64,000 bases of DNA from Octopus vulgaris (Eukaryota), in the NCBI GenBank assembly GCA_951406725.2, contig OX597816.1:122822001-122886000 (forward strand). The letters run 5' to 3'. A program made the position numbers and the translations under genes. Numbering within the stretch: the first letter of the stretch is position 1; the number at the start of each line of letters is the position of its first letter. Positions 41,501 through 54,199 of the stretch are shown piece by piece. The notes below the pieces were generated by a model. The model saw only the letters and a program-made list of their open reading frames with translations, was not told where the DNA came from and did no database searches.

Positions 41501-42774
41501 ATATATAACATACATTTAAGTTATTTACTTTAGGTGGCACTCTTTATTAAAGTTAAACTTCTTAAGAAAGTCTCTCAGTATTGAGCATAGCAATGACATC
41601 TTTGTATCAAACTGACATATAAATCTGAAAAAAATGTATCCATGGTAATTAAGAGCTAATTAATAACTTGCTGTTAAACTCTGATACCTTATTATGAAGC
41701 ACTAAATCCTGGAGAAACAAACCAGTAAATGGCTTTCTGATAACCATTTTCCATTCTTTTATCCCAAATATATGGCTAAGACACCACTTTTGAATTAATT
41801 AATTACAAACTTTATATAATTTTATAAATAATAATATATATTTCTATTAGAACAGCTTTAGAGGACAAACAAATTATGAACTGTATGTGAAAATTATGCT
41901 CTTCTGTTTTTTTATTCTAAATAATAATTGCAATGCTACAAAGCTATCACAAGGGAGCAAACAAATGCTATCTTTTCAAATCTACATTGCTTTTCATATT
42001 AAAACAATTGATTTTGGTCTTTATTCACAATGAAAAGAAATCTCATTTGTATTATAATCTCAGGCATCTTTGCACCTAAATAAGTTTGAAGTATTATCTT
42101 GCTTTGACATTTGCTGTAAAAGTTCATAAGATTTTAAAATATTTGTTAAAGATTGCAATGAAGCCAAGTTATTAGTTAATAACTGTGTGCACACATGAAA
42201 TAAAAGCAGGAACTTAAACAAATGAACACTATCCTCAACTGACTTTCACTTAAAGATTTTAAAACAGATTGGAAAGGACACAAAGTGAGTTGTCTTCATA
42301 CATTAAATGACTTCTGTGGGAATCAAATAATATGTAAAATATTTCAATCAAAAATTTAATTTGTTTTATAAGAAATTTCACTAAAAACTTTTTATCTCAT
42401 GATAAAGGATTTTTATCTAACGAATTTATTCAGACTTCAGTATTACCATTCATTTTCCCATGCCTCTTTTAGGAAGGGTATTTTATGTGCAGAAGCTATT
42501 AAAGTTAGAGACAGATGATTTTCTTAATGCTAACCATTTATTTTTCCCTTTTACTGTGTTTAGTTGGAGAAACAGGAGCAAAAAACGCTTGTAGTAAGGT
42601 TTGAAGTTATATGGCCTCATAAGCTAATTCATCTGTAGAGTATTTGTTCTGTTTCTATTTTAATTCTTTGAAATCAAGTGCAAAAGACAAAGTACTATAA
42701 TAAGAAATTAAATTGAACAATAACATCAACAACTGTATCAGATTGCATGTTAATTTTCTAAAAATGTCTTGCAT

Positions 42775-43178
42775 ATACTCTTTTACTCTTTTACTTGTTT
42801 CAGTCATTTGACTGCGGCCATGCTGGAGCACCACCTTTAGTCGAGCAAATCGATCCCGGGACTTATTCTTTGTAAGCCCAGTACTTATTCTATCGGTCTC
42901 TTTTGCTGAACCGCTAAGTGACGGGGACGTAAACACACCAGCATTGGTTGTCAAGCAATGGTAGGGGGACAAACACAGACACTCAAACACACATACATAT
43001 ATATATATACATATATACGACAGACTTCTTTCAGTTTCCATCTACCAAATCCACTCACAAGGCATTGGTCGGCCCGGGGCTATAGCAGAAGACACTTGCC
43101 CAAGATGCCACACAGTGGGAATGAACCCGGAACCATGTGGCTGGTTAGCAAGCTACTTACCACACAGCCACTCCTGCA
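42775..43178 (-). mobile_element. Young tRNA-derived SINE (same family as 33429)
   Basis: Reverse complement of 33429-33820 with few differences. Confidence 0.88.
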
Positions 43179-43224
43179 CCTTTTTACGTTCCAATTATAG
43201 AATGAATTTTTAGAATGTGGCTGA

Positions 43225-43578
43225 GTTCCTTTTGAGTGTTGGGCTTCACAGAGGCAATGACCAAGACCTTTGGCATTATGTCATGCTTGAGACGAAGACC
43301 CATGAAACAGAACAAAATCAGTCATGGCAGATACAGGTGTCATGCAAATTGGCACCCATGCCAGTTGAATGCACCCTGGTGTTACACAAATGGCATGTAA
43401 AAGGACCCATTGCACTCTCAGAGTGGTTGGTGTTAGGAAGGGCATCCAGCCAAAGAAAACCATGCCGAATCAGACTGGAGTCAGGTGCAGCCTTCCAGCC
43501 TGCCAGCCCAGTCAATCTGTCCAACCCATGCCAGCATGAACAATGGACGTTAAATGATGATAATGATGATGATGATGT
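43225..43578 (+). mobile_element. RTE 3' UTR fragment
   Basis: ggttggtgttaggaagggcatccagc...gacgttaaatgatgat tail shared with the RTE 3' end. Confidence 0.8.
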
Positions 43579-44850
43579 CATGTAATCGTTTTTTGATGTC
43601 TTTTTTTTCTCAAGATTAATACTTACACACTCAGAAATGCAATCATGTACACCGTTGATTAGCAGAACTGATATATTGATATAATCTAGATAGAAAATTT
43701 GAAGGTTTTGAAATATTGTTCTTAAATTTTATTTTACTTCCTGTTTTTGAACGAAATATTCTCAGCTCCTGAACAAATGGAATCTAATGTCTCTGTATAG
43801 TTGTTGTTATCTATCCCAAGCAATGATTACACACATATCACTAACTATAACTCGTTCCTTTAATTCTTTAGTTTGTTTTAGCTATTATGAGTAAGGCTAT
43901 GCCGGGACGTTAGCTTTGTTTGTAAATACCTGTATATAATTTCAGAAATTCATTTGTTTCAGGAATATTTTATTATTTAGAATTTTCTGTATTTGAAGTT
44001 ATCCTATAAAATTTTGCAATGAACTTTAATAAAATTTGGAAGAAATTAAATTAATTTACTATGTAATAATACCAATGGTAATGCTATGGATGAGGAGGGT
44101 GAAGGTGGTAGCGGGCATATGTAATGCATATTGAGAGCTTATATCATAATGGAATTAATGTCTTTAAAGTCTGCAATATGAACTTGAAGGGAAAACAATT
44201 ATATTTCAGCTGTAAATTTTAAATAAAGGAAATATTATTAGCATAATCTCACATCAAAAGGAATGGAAGATAGATAAGAATGAACTGAGATGGGAAAAGA
44301 ATTAGGATGAAATAAGAATATACAAATAAGTAATTGAAATATATGAATGAAATATATAAAGAATATGAAACAATAGTTAGTGCTAAATCTATTATGAAGA
44401 ATACAAAAAGAAATGAAGAAATTAATGATAGAATCAATGCTAAATATATTATTGTTGTTCTCTATTGTTTCATATGAATTTCCGTTTAAATGATTATTGT
44501 AAATTAATATAGTGTTCTGTTTCATTTCTATTGCAATATACATAACTATTGTTTCACTCATGGATGCTTTGATGATGAATATCAAGGAATTATTTTTATC
44601 ATTTTAAAACTGTTCACAAAATAAAATATAAAATTTTCTTTATAACTTAAAAGAAGTTAGAAATGCAATGTGAATTTCTAAAAAAAGAATTTCTAAACAT
44701 ACAAATCAAAATCTAACAAAAGTAATTCCAAATTCTTTGCTGCTCTGTAGGAAAATTACCTAAGACTGATTTAAAAAATTTTTTTAGAAATTTCCATAGT
44801 TTGAAAGGAAGATGTCTACCATTAAATCGGCTGTCTTTATCCTTGATGCT

Positions 44851-44858
44851 TTAATAAC

Positions 44859-44911
<53 letters not shown>

Positions 44912-45079
44912 TAATAATAATAATAATGGCCTACCAATGTATACAGTGTGTTTCTCTACCCTAGGTATCAGGAAGATACTTGGCAAGAAATGGAAACAGA
45001 ATTAAAAGATGATAATGAAAATAATAATAAAGATGATAACCCCAGTGTCACTTTGATGGCATGAACTGCTCTCTCACTC

Positions 45080-45160
<81 letters not shown>

Positions 45161-45210
45161 GATTATTATTATTATTATTATTACGATGATGATGATGATG
45201 ATGATAATCT
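44851..45210. repeat. (TAA)n arrays containing two short retroelement 3' ends, followed by a (TAA)n/(TTA)n inversion
   Basis: 44928-45010 resembles a Dong-type 3' UTR. 45040-45080 matches the end of the 55215-55717 element. Confidence 0.75.
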
Positions 45211-46984
45211 TTTTCTATTATAGGTACAAGGCCTGAAATTTTGAGAGAGAGGGTTAGTCAATGACAATTACCCAGGTTATCAACTAGTACTTATTTTAAC
45301 CATGAAAGGCAAAAATAGATCTTGACAGAATTTGAACTCTGATCATAAAGGAGTAGGAAGAAATGCCATCTTGTCTGACATGCTAATAATTCTGCTATCT
45401 AATTTGTAGCAGCAACAGCAGCAGTGGTGGTGGTGCTGGTGGCGGTGGCGGCGGCGGTTGTGGCAGTGGTGGTGGAGATGGCGGTGGCAGTAGTAGTAGT
45501 TGTAGTAGTGGAGGAAATAACTTGGACAATTAATTGAATATGTGGTATAATATGTTGATTATTATTCGGCTTTAACATACTTTAGTCTCAAGGAGATTGG
45601 TAGCTTAGTTGATCTAGAAATAAATGGTACTGCTATTGTCAACAAAAAAAAAAAAAAATGAAACCCAACCTATTTCCCTATTTAGATAATATAAATCGAC
45701 AAGTTGTGAAGTGAATGTTATATCAATCTGTCTCTGACAGGTTATTGTGTTTGCTAATCATGTATTGCAGGCATTAAACACAATTATTTCACTTTTATAG
45801 ATAACAGGCTTTTTGGTTTATTGATAATGAAGATGTTATTCCAGAAATGAAGTTTCACTAGAGTATATGATGAATATTCATGGAATAAATTAGTCTTAGA
45901 CACCATACACTTAGCAAAAATCAATTTATTTAGTAAATTATTCTCAGAATATTTCTATTTTCTGATGCAAACCAGCATAAATTCCTATGCATTTCATTGG
46001 AAATTCTCTTTTCATATTTGTATTTGTTTTGTGTGGTCCTTGATATGAAATAGTGTGTCAAAACAGATGTCACTGCACCTTGTGAGGTTAATTTTGCCTA
46101 TAAGAAACAAGCTCAGTGCTTGTATTTCTTTTTTGGCAAAATTACCCTTCGAAGATACAAACATATTCTCCTTCCCAAATTTCAGCAAGTACAAAGAATT
46201 TTATGATTTGCTGAGAAGGTCTAATAAGACCAAATATGTGTGGAGTTATCTTCCATACCAATATTGTTTTTCTTCACAGCATAATTATCTCTGATTTAAA
46301 AATTTTTTTAATGTCATTTGCATTAAATATATTTGCACTAACTTGTTTAGCTATTATCTAATAACTGATTTGTGAGGTGAGACATGAAGAGGGTGACAAA
46401 AGAAAAACACTCAAATGCATCAAGAAAGTTTTGATAAAATTGCATCTGTTACATAGAATTGTTTTGGTGTCAGTAAAATTCCTACAAATTCAAAACAAAT
46501 TATTCTCATTAACTGCTCTTTTGCAATAGTATCCATTTTTTTATCAAGAAATGACCTCTCACAGATTTTAACTATACAAATATAACTATAACATAATATA
46601 GGCAAGGATAACAAAATGTAAATGAGGCAATTTTTAATGTTTATAATAAATTAAAGTTATCTAAATCTTTAATTCATAAAGTAGACTTTCATACTTCTCA
46701 ATTTCATTATTCAAAAGTCTCTTCTGAGTGTCACATTAAGTTGACCTCATTGAATGTATTTATTGGTGCCAGTTTTAATATAAAAAATACAAGTGAAGAC
46801 AAATTTTTAATTGAGTTGTATGACTGCCATTAAAGTAAAATATTTACAAACGTCTGTTGAGTGATTTAACGATCATTAGCCATCCCTACATTTTTTCTTG
46901 ATTTGTTAGATACAACAGCTTTCTTGTCATGTATATTGAAATTTATTTTGCTTCAAACATTTTAAACATATACCTCTCATAAAT

Positions 46985-47110
46985 TCACACATATTATATT
47001 TTATTTTTGTTGTTTTCCAGGTAAGTTGATAACTCTTGCAGTGAAACTCAAATACTCAAATTATATCAATATAGATGAATGTGAGCTTTTGATTTGAATT
47101 TGAGGTAAGA
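46985..47110 (+). other. Candidate recursive splice site (3'ss abutting 5'ss) with 84-nt RS-exon 47021-47104, or a non-coding exon
   Basis: ttttatttttgttgttttccAG|GTAAGT at 47020/47021, and a second donor gag|GTAAGA at 47104/47105. Confidence 0.5.
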
Positions 47111-47452
47111 TACTTTTATTAGCAATTTTGTAAAATATACTACATTTTGAAGAGCAGAAGAGTTGTCTATAAATGCTTATCAATATAGGATTTCATTATA
47201 GGGACAACACATCTGTGAAACGATTGTAAGATGTTTTAAATACTTAATTCAAAACTTCTAAACTGTCATATACATTATATATTTATCCTTATACATATTT
47301 AAAAATATTTTTTATACATATTTATATATTTTTAATACAGCAATTATTTTTCACACATATATATCTTTCTGAGGAGTTTCCTGATATTGATTTCCCAATA
47401 TTAATAATAATAATATATTATTGATATATATATATATACTACATCTTATAAA

Positions 47453-47667
47453 TACGAGGGAATGCTGCAAAATTCCTGGCTTTAAGAGTATTACAGAAGG
47501 CTTGATTGGAGACACATCATTCCACGTTCTTTTACAGGGCTTAGAAAAACTGAAGGACTGCTGCAATAAGTGTGTAAATCTGAGAGGGGAATATGTTAAT
47601 TGAAATCATAGTTAACTGTTCTTTTATTTTCTTTTACCCAAAGCCAGGAACTTTTCACTACCCCTCA

Positions 47668-47669
<2 letters not shown>
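47453..47669. mobile_element. Mariner-derived MITE
   Basis: Imperfect TIRs TACGAGGGAATGCTGCAAAATTCCTGGCTTT and AAAGCCAGGAACTTTTCACTACCCCTCATA, with TA ends. Confidence 0.8.
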
Positions 47670-47723
<54 letters not shown>

Positions 47724-48656
47724 GTACAGAGAAATGTAAAAAAATAATATTAATTTTCGTGAAGAAATGGAAAACTAAATTTTAGATATAGAATTATTTT
47801 GGTAATGTTTTATTTGAAATCAAAATGTAAATAGAAAACATTTATTATTTACTTAAATTGTTTTTGTGAATATTTTGCTTAATTATAGTTAACATATCTA
47901 TGTTCCATCTAACATCAATAAAAATGTACCAATATCTTGGTCAAGTTACTTCAATTTCACAATGTATTTAGTCAAAAGGGTTTCATGTGGTCATGTTTGG
48001 ACAGATGCTACACAATAGTAAAAAATTCTTGGTGACCTAAGTCTGTGACTGAGCTAATGTATTAATATGAAAGCATTACCCATTTCTTATATTACTTATG
48101 TGTTCAGGCACAGGTGTGTCTGTGTGGTTAAGAAACATGCTTCCCAACCATGTGGTCTGGGCAAGTGTTTTCTACTATAGCACCAGTGTTAGATTTGGTT
48201 TATGGAAATTGAAAGAAACCCATTGTGTATATTTGTGTGCATGTGTGTATGTTAGTGTGCATGCATGTGTGTGTGCATGTGTATGTTTGTGTCTATGGAG
48301 CTGTCAATATTGAGATGGACTGGCAGTTGGGTTAGGATGTCTTGTACCCTTGTTGCTGTGTCCTCATCCAATATAGCTTAACAAAGTTACATATAAAATC
48401 TACAACTTTATCTCTTATATTTTATCCTTTACCTGTTTCTGTCAATGGATAGCAACAATGCTGGAACACTGCCTCATAGGGTTTGATCAAATAAATCACC
48501 CCCAGTACTTTTATCAACAAGTTTCTAATATATACTGTGCTTTAGGCTTGGTACTTATTCTATTGGTCTCTTTTGCTGAGCAACTAACTTACAGTATCAT
48601 AAGAAAATCCAACACAGGTTGTCAAGTGGTCAGTTGGGGCAACAAACATATATATA

Positions 48657-51600
48657 TATCATCATCATCGTTTAGTATCTGCTTTCCATGCTAGCATGGG
48701 TTGGACGGTTCAACTGGGGTCTGGGAAGCCAGAAGGCTGCACCAGGCCCAGTCTGATCTGGCAATGTTTCTACGGCTGGATGCCCTTCCTAACGCCAACC
48801 ACTCCGTGAGTGTAGTGGGTGCTTTTTACGTGCCACCGGCACAGGTGCCAGAAGAGGCTGGCAAACGGCCACGATCGGATGGTGCTTTTACGTGCCACCG
48901 GCATGGGGGCCAGGCGAGGCGGCACTGGCAACAGCCACATTTGGATGGTTCTCTTACGTGCCACCGGCACTGGTATCACAGCTGCAATGTCCATTGATGT
49001 TGATCAATTTCGATTCTCACTTGCCTCAACAGGTCTTCACAAGTAGAGTTTTGTGTCCCAAGAAGGAAAGGTATGCATAAGTGGACTGGCTACATCCCGT
49101 GTAGAGGCCACGGGTTATGGTCTCACTTGTCCTGCCGGGTCTTCTCATGCACAGCATACTTCCAAATGTCTCGGTCTCTAGTCATTTCCTCAGTGAGACC
49201 TAAAGTTCGAAGGTCGTGCTTCACCACCTCGTCCCAGGTTTTCCTGGGTCTGCCTCTTCCACAGGTTCCCTCAACCGCTAGGGTGTGGCACTTTTTCACA
49301 CAACTATCTTCATCCATTCTCACCACATGACCATACCAGTGCAATCGTCTCTCTTGCACACCACAACTGATGCTTCTTAGGTCCAGCTTTTCTCTCAAAA
49401 TACTTACACTCTGTCGAGTATGAACACTGACATTACACATCCATCAGAGCATACTGGCTTCATTTCTTGCAAGCTTACGCATATCCTCAGCAGTCACGGC
49501 CCATGTTTCACTGCCATGTAGCATGGCTGTTCGTACACACGCGTCATACAGTCTGCCTTTTACTCTGAGTGAGAGGCCTTTTGTCACCAGCAGAGGTAAG
49601 AGCTCTCTGAACTTTGCCCAAGCTATTCTTACTCTAGCAGTTACACTTTCAGCACACCCGCCCCCGCTACTGACTTGGTCACCTAGGTAACGGAAGCTAT
49701 CAACTATTTCTAGTTTTTCTCCCTGGAATGTGGCAGAAGTTGGTCTCAGAGCATTTTCGGTGTTTATTGCTCCTGAGCATCTGCCACATACAAAAACTAT
49801 CTTCCTAGTTAGCCTTCCTTTGACATTGCTGCACCTCTTATGTGTCCATAGCTTACACTTGGTGCATCTTATAGAGTTTCTACCTACACCTTTTCTACAG
49901 ATTGAGCAGGGCCATCTACCTGAAGGCGTTTGTGATTTGTCTACCTTCCTACTTATTAGGACTTTGGTTTTAGCTAGATTGACTCTAAGGCCCTTCGATT
50001 CTAATCCTTGCTTCCACACCTGAAACTTCTCCTCCAGTTCTGATAGTGACTCAGCAATTAGAGCAAGGTCATCAGCATAGAGGAGCTCCCTGGTGCATCC
50101 TGTCTTGAATTCCTCCATTATTGCCTGGAGGACTATGATAAATAGGAGGGGGCTGAGGACTGAGCCTTGGTGGACCCCTACCTCTACCCGGAATTCTTCA
50201 CTGTACTCGTTGCCAACCCTCACCTTACTAGCAGCGTCCCTGTACATGGCTCGCACAGCTCTCACTAACCATTCATCAATCCCTAGTTTCCTCATTGACT
50301 ACCAGATAAGGGATCAGGGGACCCTGTCGAAGGCTTTTTCCATGTCAACAAAAGCCAGGTACAGAGGCTTATCTTTGGCTAGGTATTTCTCCTGCAGCTG
50401 CCTTACCAGGAATATAGCAACAGTGGTACTTTTCCCTGGCATGAACCCAAACTGCATCTCATCTAAACTAACTCTCTCTCTCTAATTAGTTGGGATATGA
50501 CCCTCTCCGTAACCTTCATTACCTGATCCAACAGCTTGATACCTCTGTAATTATTTGTATCTACGGCGTCACCTTTATCTTTGTAGCAGTTGACTATTAT
50601 GCTGCTACACCAGTCATTGGGTATGACTCCTTTGTGTATCACCTGATTAACTATACGGGTGACTAGGCTATAGCCGACACTCCCAGATATTTTGAGCATC
50701 TCTGCAGTGATTCCTGATGGGCATGGGGGCTTTCCCTGTCTTCATGCTTCTAATTGCCTTAACTACCAAGGAACTGTCAACTTGGATAGCTGGTCCCTCT
50801 GTTGGGTCGACATTCGGCAGTCTCTCTTTATCCCATTCATTTTCTTTATTCAGCAACCTTTCATAGTGGCGTCTCCAAACCTCTCTCTTTGCATTCTCAT
50901 TTAGCGCAAGTGAACCATCTTCCATGCGAACACATTTCTCTCCTACCACATCACAATTCTCTTTCATACACTGTCTTGCAACACGAAACACCTCCAGTCT
51001 TTGGTCCTCACGGCGCAGAACATTGGCAAATTTTTTCTTATCTGCTTCCCCTCTGGCTAGATAGACCTGTCTCCTGGCTTCCCTTTTGGCAGTCTGATAC
51101 AACTCCCTGCTACCACCATTTTTCCAGTCCTTCCAAGCCTGTCTCTTCTCTAATAGCCCTGTCTACAACATTGTTCCACCACCACATTACCTTGGGACGA
51201 GAGGGGACTTTGCACCAGCCACAGATCTGGTCAGTGGCTCTCAGCAGGTTGTCCCTTAGAAACGTCCAGTTGCCTTCTATCCCATGTGATACTCTATCCC
51301 TTTCTACTTCGTTAAAGGCTTCAAGTAACATGTCCCTAAATCTCTGTCCATTCGCAGGATCTTTAAACTTCCAGATCCTTCTTCTCCATGTTGGTCATCT
51401 TCTGGTTGTCCTCTTAGTCCTGATCCTAAAATCACTAACTATCATGTCACTACTATGTTGCGGGGTACATTCTTTGTCTGGGAAGGTTTTGGCATTTATA
51501 AGCAGCCATCTTTCCCTTTTCCTGGCAAGGATGTAGTCAATTTGGCTGGTATGTCGGCCCAATAGGTAGTTGACTAGGTGACTGGTAGGTTTCCTGAAGT

Positions 51601-51993
51601 TAGTGTTGCAAACCATAAGATCATTTGCATCGCAGAACTCCTGCAGCCTGGTTCCCTCCTCATTACGGGAACCATAGCCATAGCCTCCATGTACACCATG
51701 GACGCCCCCAGCATGTCGTCCAACATGACCTTTGAAGTCACCAGCCACAAAGAGAAGGTCTCTGTCATTTGTCAATGAGGTAGTCTGCAGTAGAGTGTCA
51801 TAGAATCGGTCTTTCTGTCCATCGGGTAGCCCCGGCTGAGGAGCATAGGCCGATATAATGGTTGCTAATCCATGATGAAGCACTAATCTAATCTTAAGTA
51901 TTCTGTCACATACTCTGATTACCTCAATTACTTTATCTACCCATTTCTCAGCGATAAGTATACCCACGCCACCAACCCCATCAGTGTTCCCTG
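48657..51993 (-). mobile_element. 5'-truncated RTE-clade LINE (APE endonuclease, RT, PHD finger, 3' UTR subrepeats, (GAT)n tail)
   Basis: APE motifs ISAYAPQ, VAGDF and SQIDYIL; RT motifs NNYRGIKLL, VHQGSVLSPLLF and LLYADDL; RTE-typical FRYLG and MLHGSETW. Several frameshifts. Confidence 0.95.
49123..51990 (-). pseudogene. Disrupted RTE ORF2 (pieces 51395-51967, 51110-51331, 50668-51102, 50463-50699, 49444-50295, 49123-49440)
   Basis: Collinear domain order across frameshifted ORFs. Confidence 0.9.
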
Positions 51994-52599
51994 ATATATA
52001 TATATATATATATGTATATGTATATCTATATGTATATCTATCTATCTATCTGTCGATCCATCTATCAATCTATCTTTTTATCTATCAATCAATACACACA
52101 CACACAAGTCCTTACTGTAGATTGTGATGTCCTTTAGCAAGAAATCCACCTTTACTTTCTGCATGAGATTTAAGTACCAGAAGCATCAGAGAATCATGGT
52201 TCTTCCCAGGTAACTGTAATATAAAAAAAATTCTGGAAATTTTATATATATATATAAATATTTAACAGAATCAGTAGAGTGACTCAAGGGTTGAGAGTTT
52301 CATGTGTTGGCACTTATCAAACTAGTTACAGGCTGAAGAGATGTGGATTTATATATCTAGTGAAAATTACATTTCTCTGGATTGTTCTAGATTGAATTCT
52401 AAAAACAATTATGATATAATGTGGATAATTCATATTTTTCAAAGAGTTTACCAAATCCACTCCTGAAGTAGAAAACACTTGGGAAGCAAACTTCCATGAT
52501 GAAGCACTAATCTAATCTTAAGTATTCTGTCACATACTCTGATTACCTCAATTACCTCAATGATATATATATATTCTCAGACACTAATGCACTGCCCCT

Positions 52600-52920
52600 C
52601 TCATAACTCCCTGTCTTGTGAGTTACTTGGTTAACCAGCCAGTGCTGGTGGCACGTTAAAATCATCCAGTCCACACTGTTACATGGTTGGCAACTGGAAG
52701 ACCATCCAGCTATAAAAACCTTGCTAAAACTAACTTCCCCTGTGATAGTACCACGTAAAAAACACTGAGTCTACTCTGCTGAGTGGTTGGTGTTAGAAAA
52801 GGCATCCAGCTGTAAAATCCTTGCCAAAATAGACACAGTAGCTTTTCTACCAGGACAGCTTTTATCAACAGTCCTACCCATACATGCATGAAGATGGACA
52901 TTAAATGATGATGATGATGA
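52600..52920 (+). mobile_element. Older RTE-tailed repeat fragment
   Basis: ggttggtgttagaaaaggcatccagctgta...gacattaaatgatgatgat. Confidence 0.7.
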
Positions 52921-52934
52921 AATATATATGTGTA

Positions 52935-53170
52935 TAAACGCCATGATGGACCGTTAGCTCCTACATGCATTTTTTTCTCTCCTTGTTTCTTTTCTGTGTA
53001 TCTTTCTGTCGAAGAGCGTAGGCTCGAAACGTAAAAGACTTGTTCTATTTCTATTCCTGAGCACCATACTAATACATTTGTTTGTTTGTACTCCACGTGC
53101 CTTCGTTTTTTGTTTATTTTCGTAAACCTGCCTTCATCTTTTGTTTATTTTCGTAAACCTTCCCGTTATA
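52935..53170 (+). mobile_element. Penelope-like repeat fragment with degenerate hammerhead core at 53001-53038
   Basis: TCTTT-CTGTCGA-A-GAGC-GTAG-GCTC-GAAAC-GTA-AAAGA. A related inverted fragment lies at about 10530-10636. Confidence 0.55.
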
Positions 53171-53217
53171 AATATATACGTATATATAAATGTATGTATG
53201 TATATATTCATTTATAT

Positions 53218-53480
53218 CATCATCATCATCATCGTTTAGCGTCCGCTTTCCATGCTAGCATGGGTTGGACGGGTCAACTGGGGTCTGTGAAGCTGGAAGG
53301 CTTCGTCAGGCCCAGTCAGATCTGGCAGTGTTTCTACGGCTGGATGCCCTTCCTAACGCCAACCACTCCGCAAGTGTAGTGGGTGTTTTTTACATGCCAC
53401 CTGCACAGGTGCCAGACAGAGCTGGCGAACGGCCACGAACGGATGGTGCTTTTACGTGTCACCGGCACGGGGCCAGGCGA
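53218..53480 (-). mobile_element. Young RTE 3'-end fragment
   Basis: Closely similar to 48657-48918. Confidence 0.9.
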
Positions 53481-53570
53481 TATATATATATATATATATA
53501 TTGTTTATTTTCGTAAACCTTCCCGTTATAAATATATATGTATATATAAATGTATGTATGTATATATTCA

Positions 53571-53636
<66 letters not shown>

Positions 53637-54199
53637 AATATGTATATATATATATTATATATATATATATATATATACAGAGAGAGAGAGAGAGAGAGAA
53701 AGAAAGAACTAGACAATTTGAAGTAGAATTGGTAATTTGTATGAAATAAGTTCACACTCATATATGTAAGGGTTTGCTCTCTTTTTTAAATTTGATTACA
53801 TGAGCATGCAAATCGAGGAAAAAACTATTTCAGTTTCTTAATAGGATTTAGTGCATATAAAGCGTTGAAGTTCATACATCTGATTTCCTGAAGGCATTTA
53901 ATATATTTGATTTATGAAATAGTATTAAATTAAGAAACTAAAATTGCAAAATTCAGGCTAAGTAATTGTCATCAGAAATTACAGAGTAGGCTAAAATGAA
54001 AAGTATGGAAATGAATTTGTGATATGAAATGTTTTATTAACATTAATATTTCCTTTCAAAATAAGTTGTCATCTTTAATTGTTCAGATAACAGCAGAAAT
54101 TTCTGGATATTGAACTCTTAGATTTTTTGTATTGATCCTATCAAAGTCAATGAAAAAATATGTGTGTGTTTATGCATGAGGGTGTCATATAGATATAAA

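Noticed and set aside
50802-51536. 244-aa plus-strand ORF (and 49730-50023, 50093-50485)
   Set aside because: Antisense shadow of the RTE ORF2 with no recognisable motifs.
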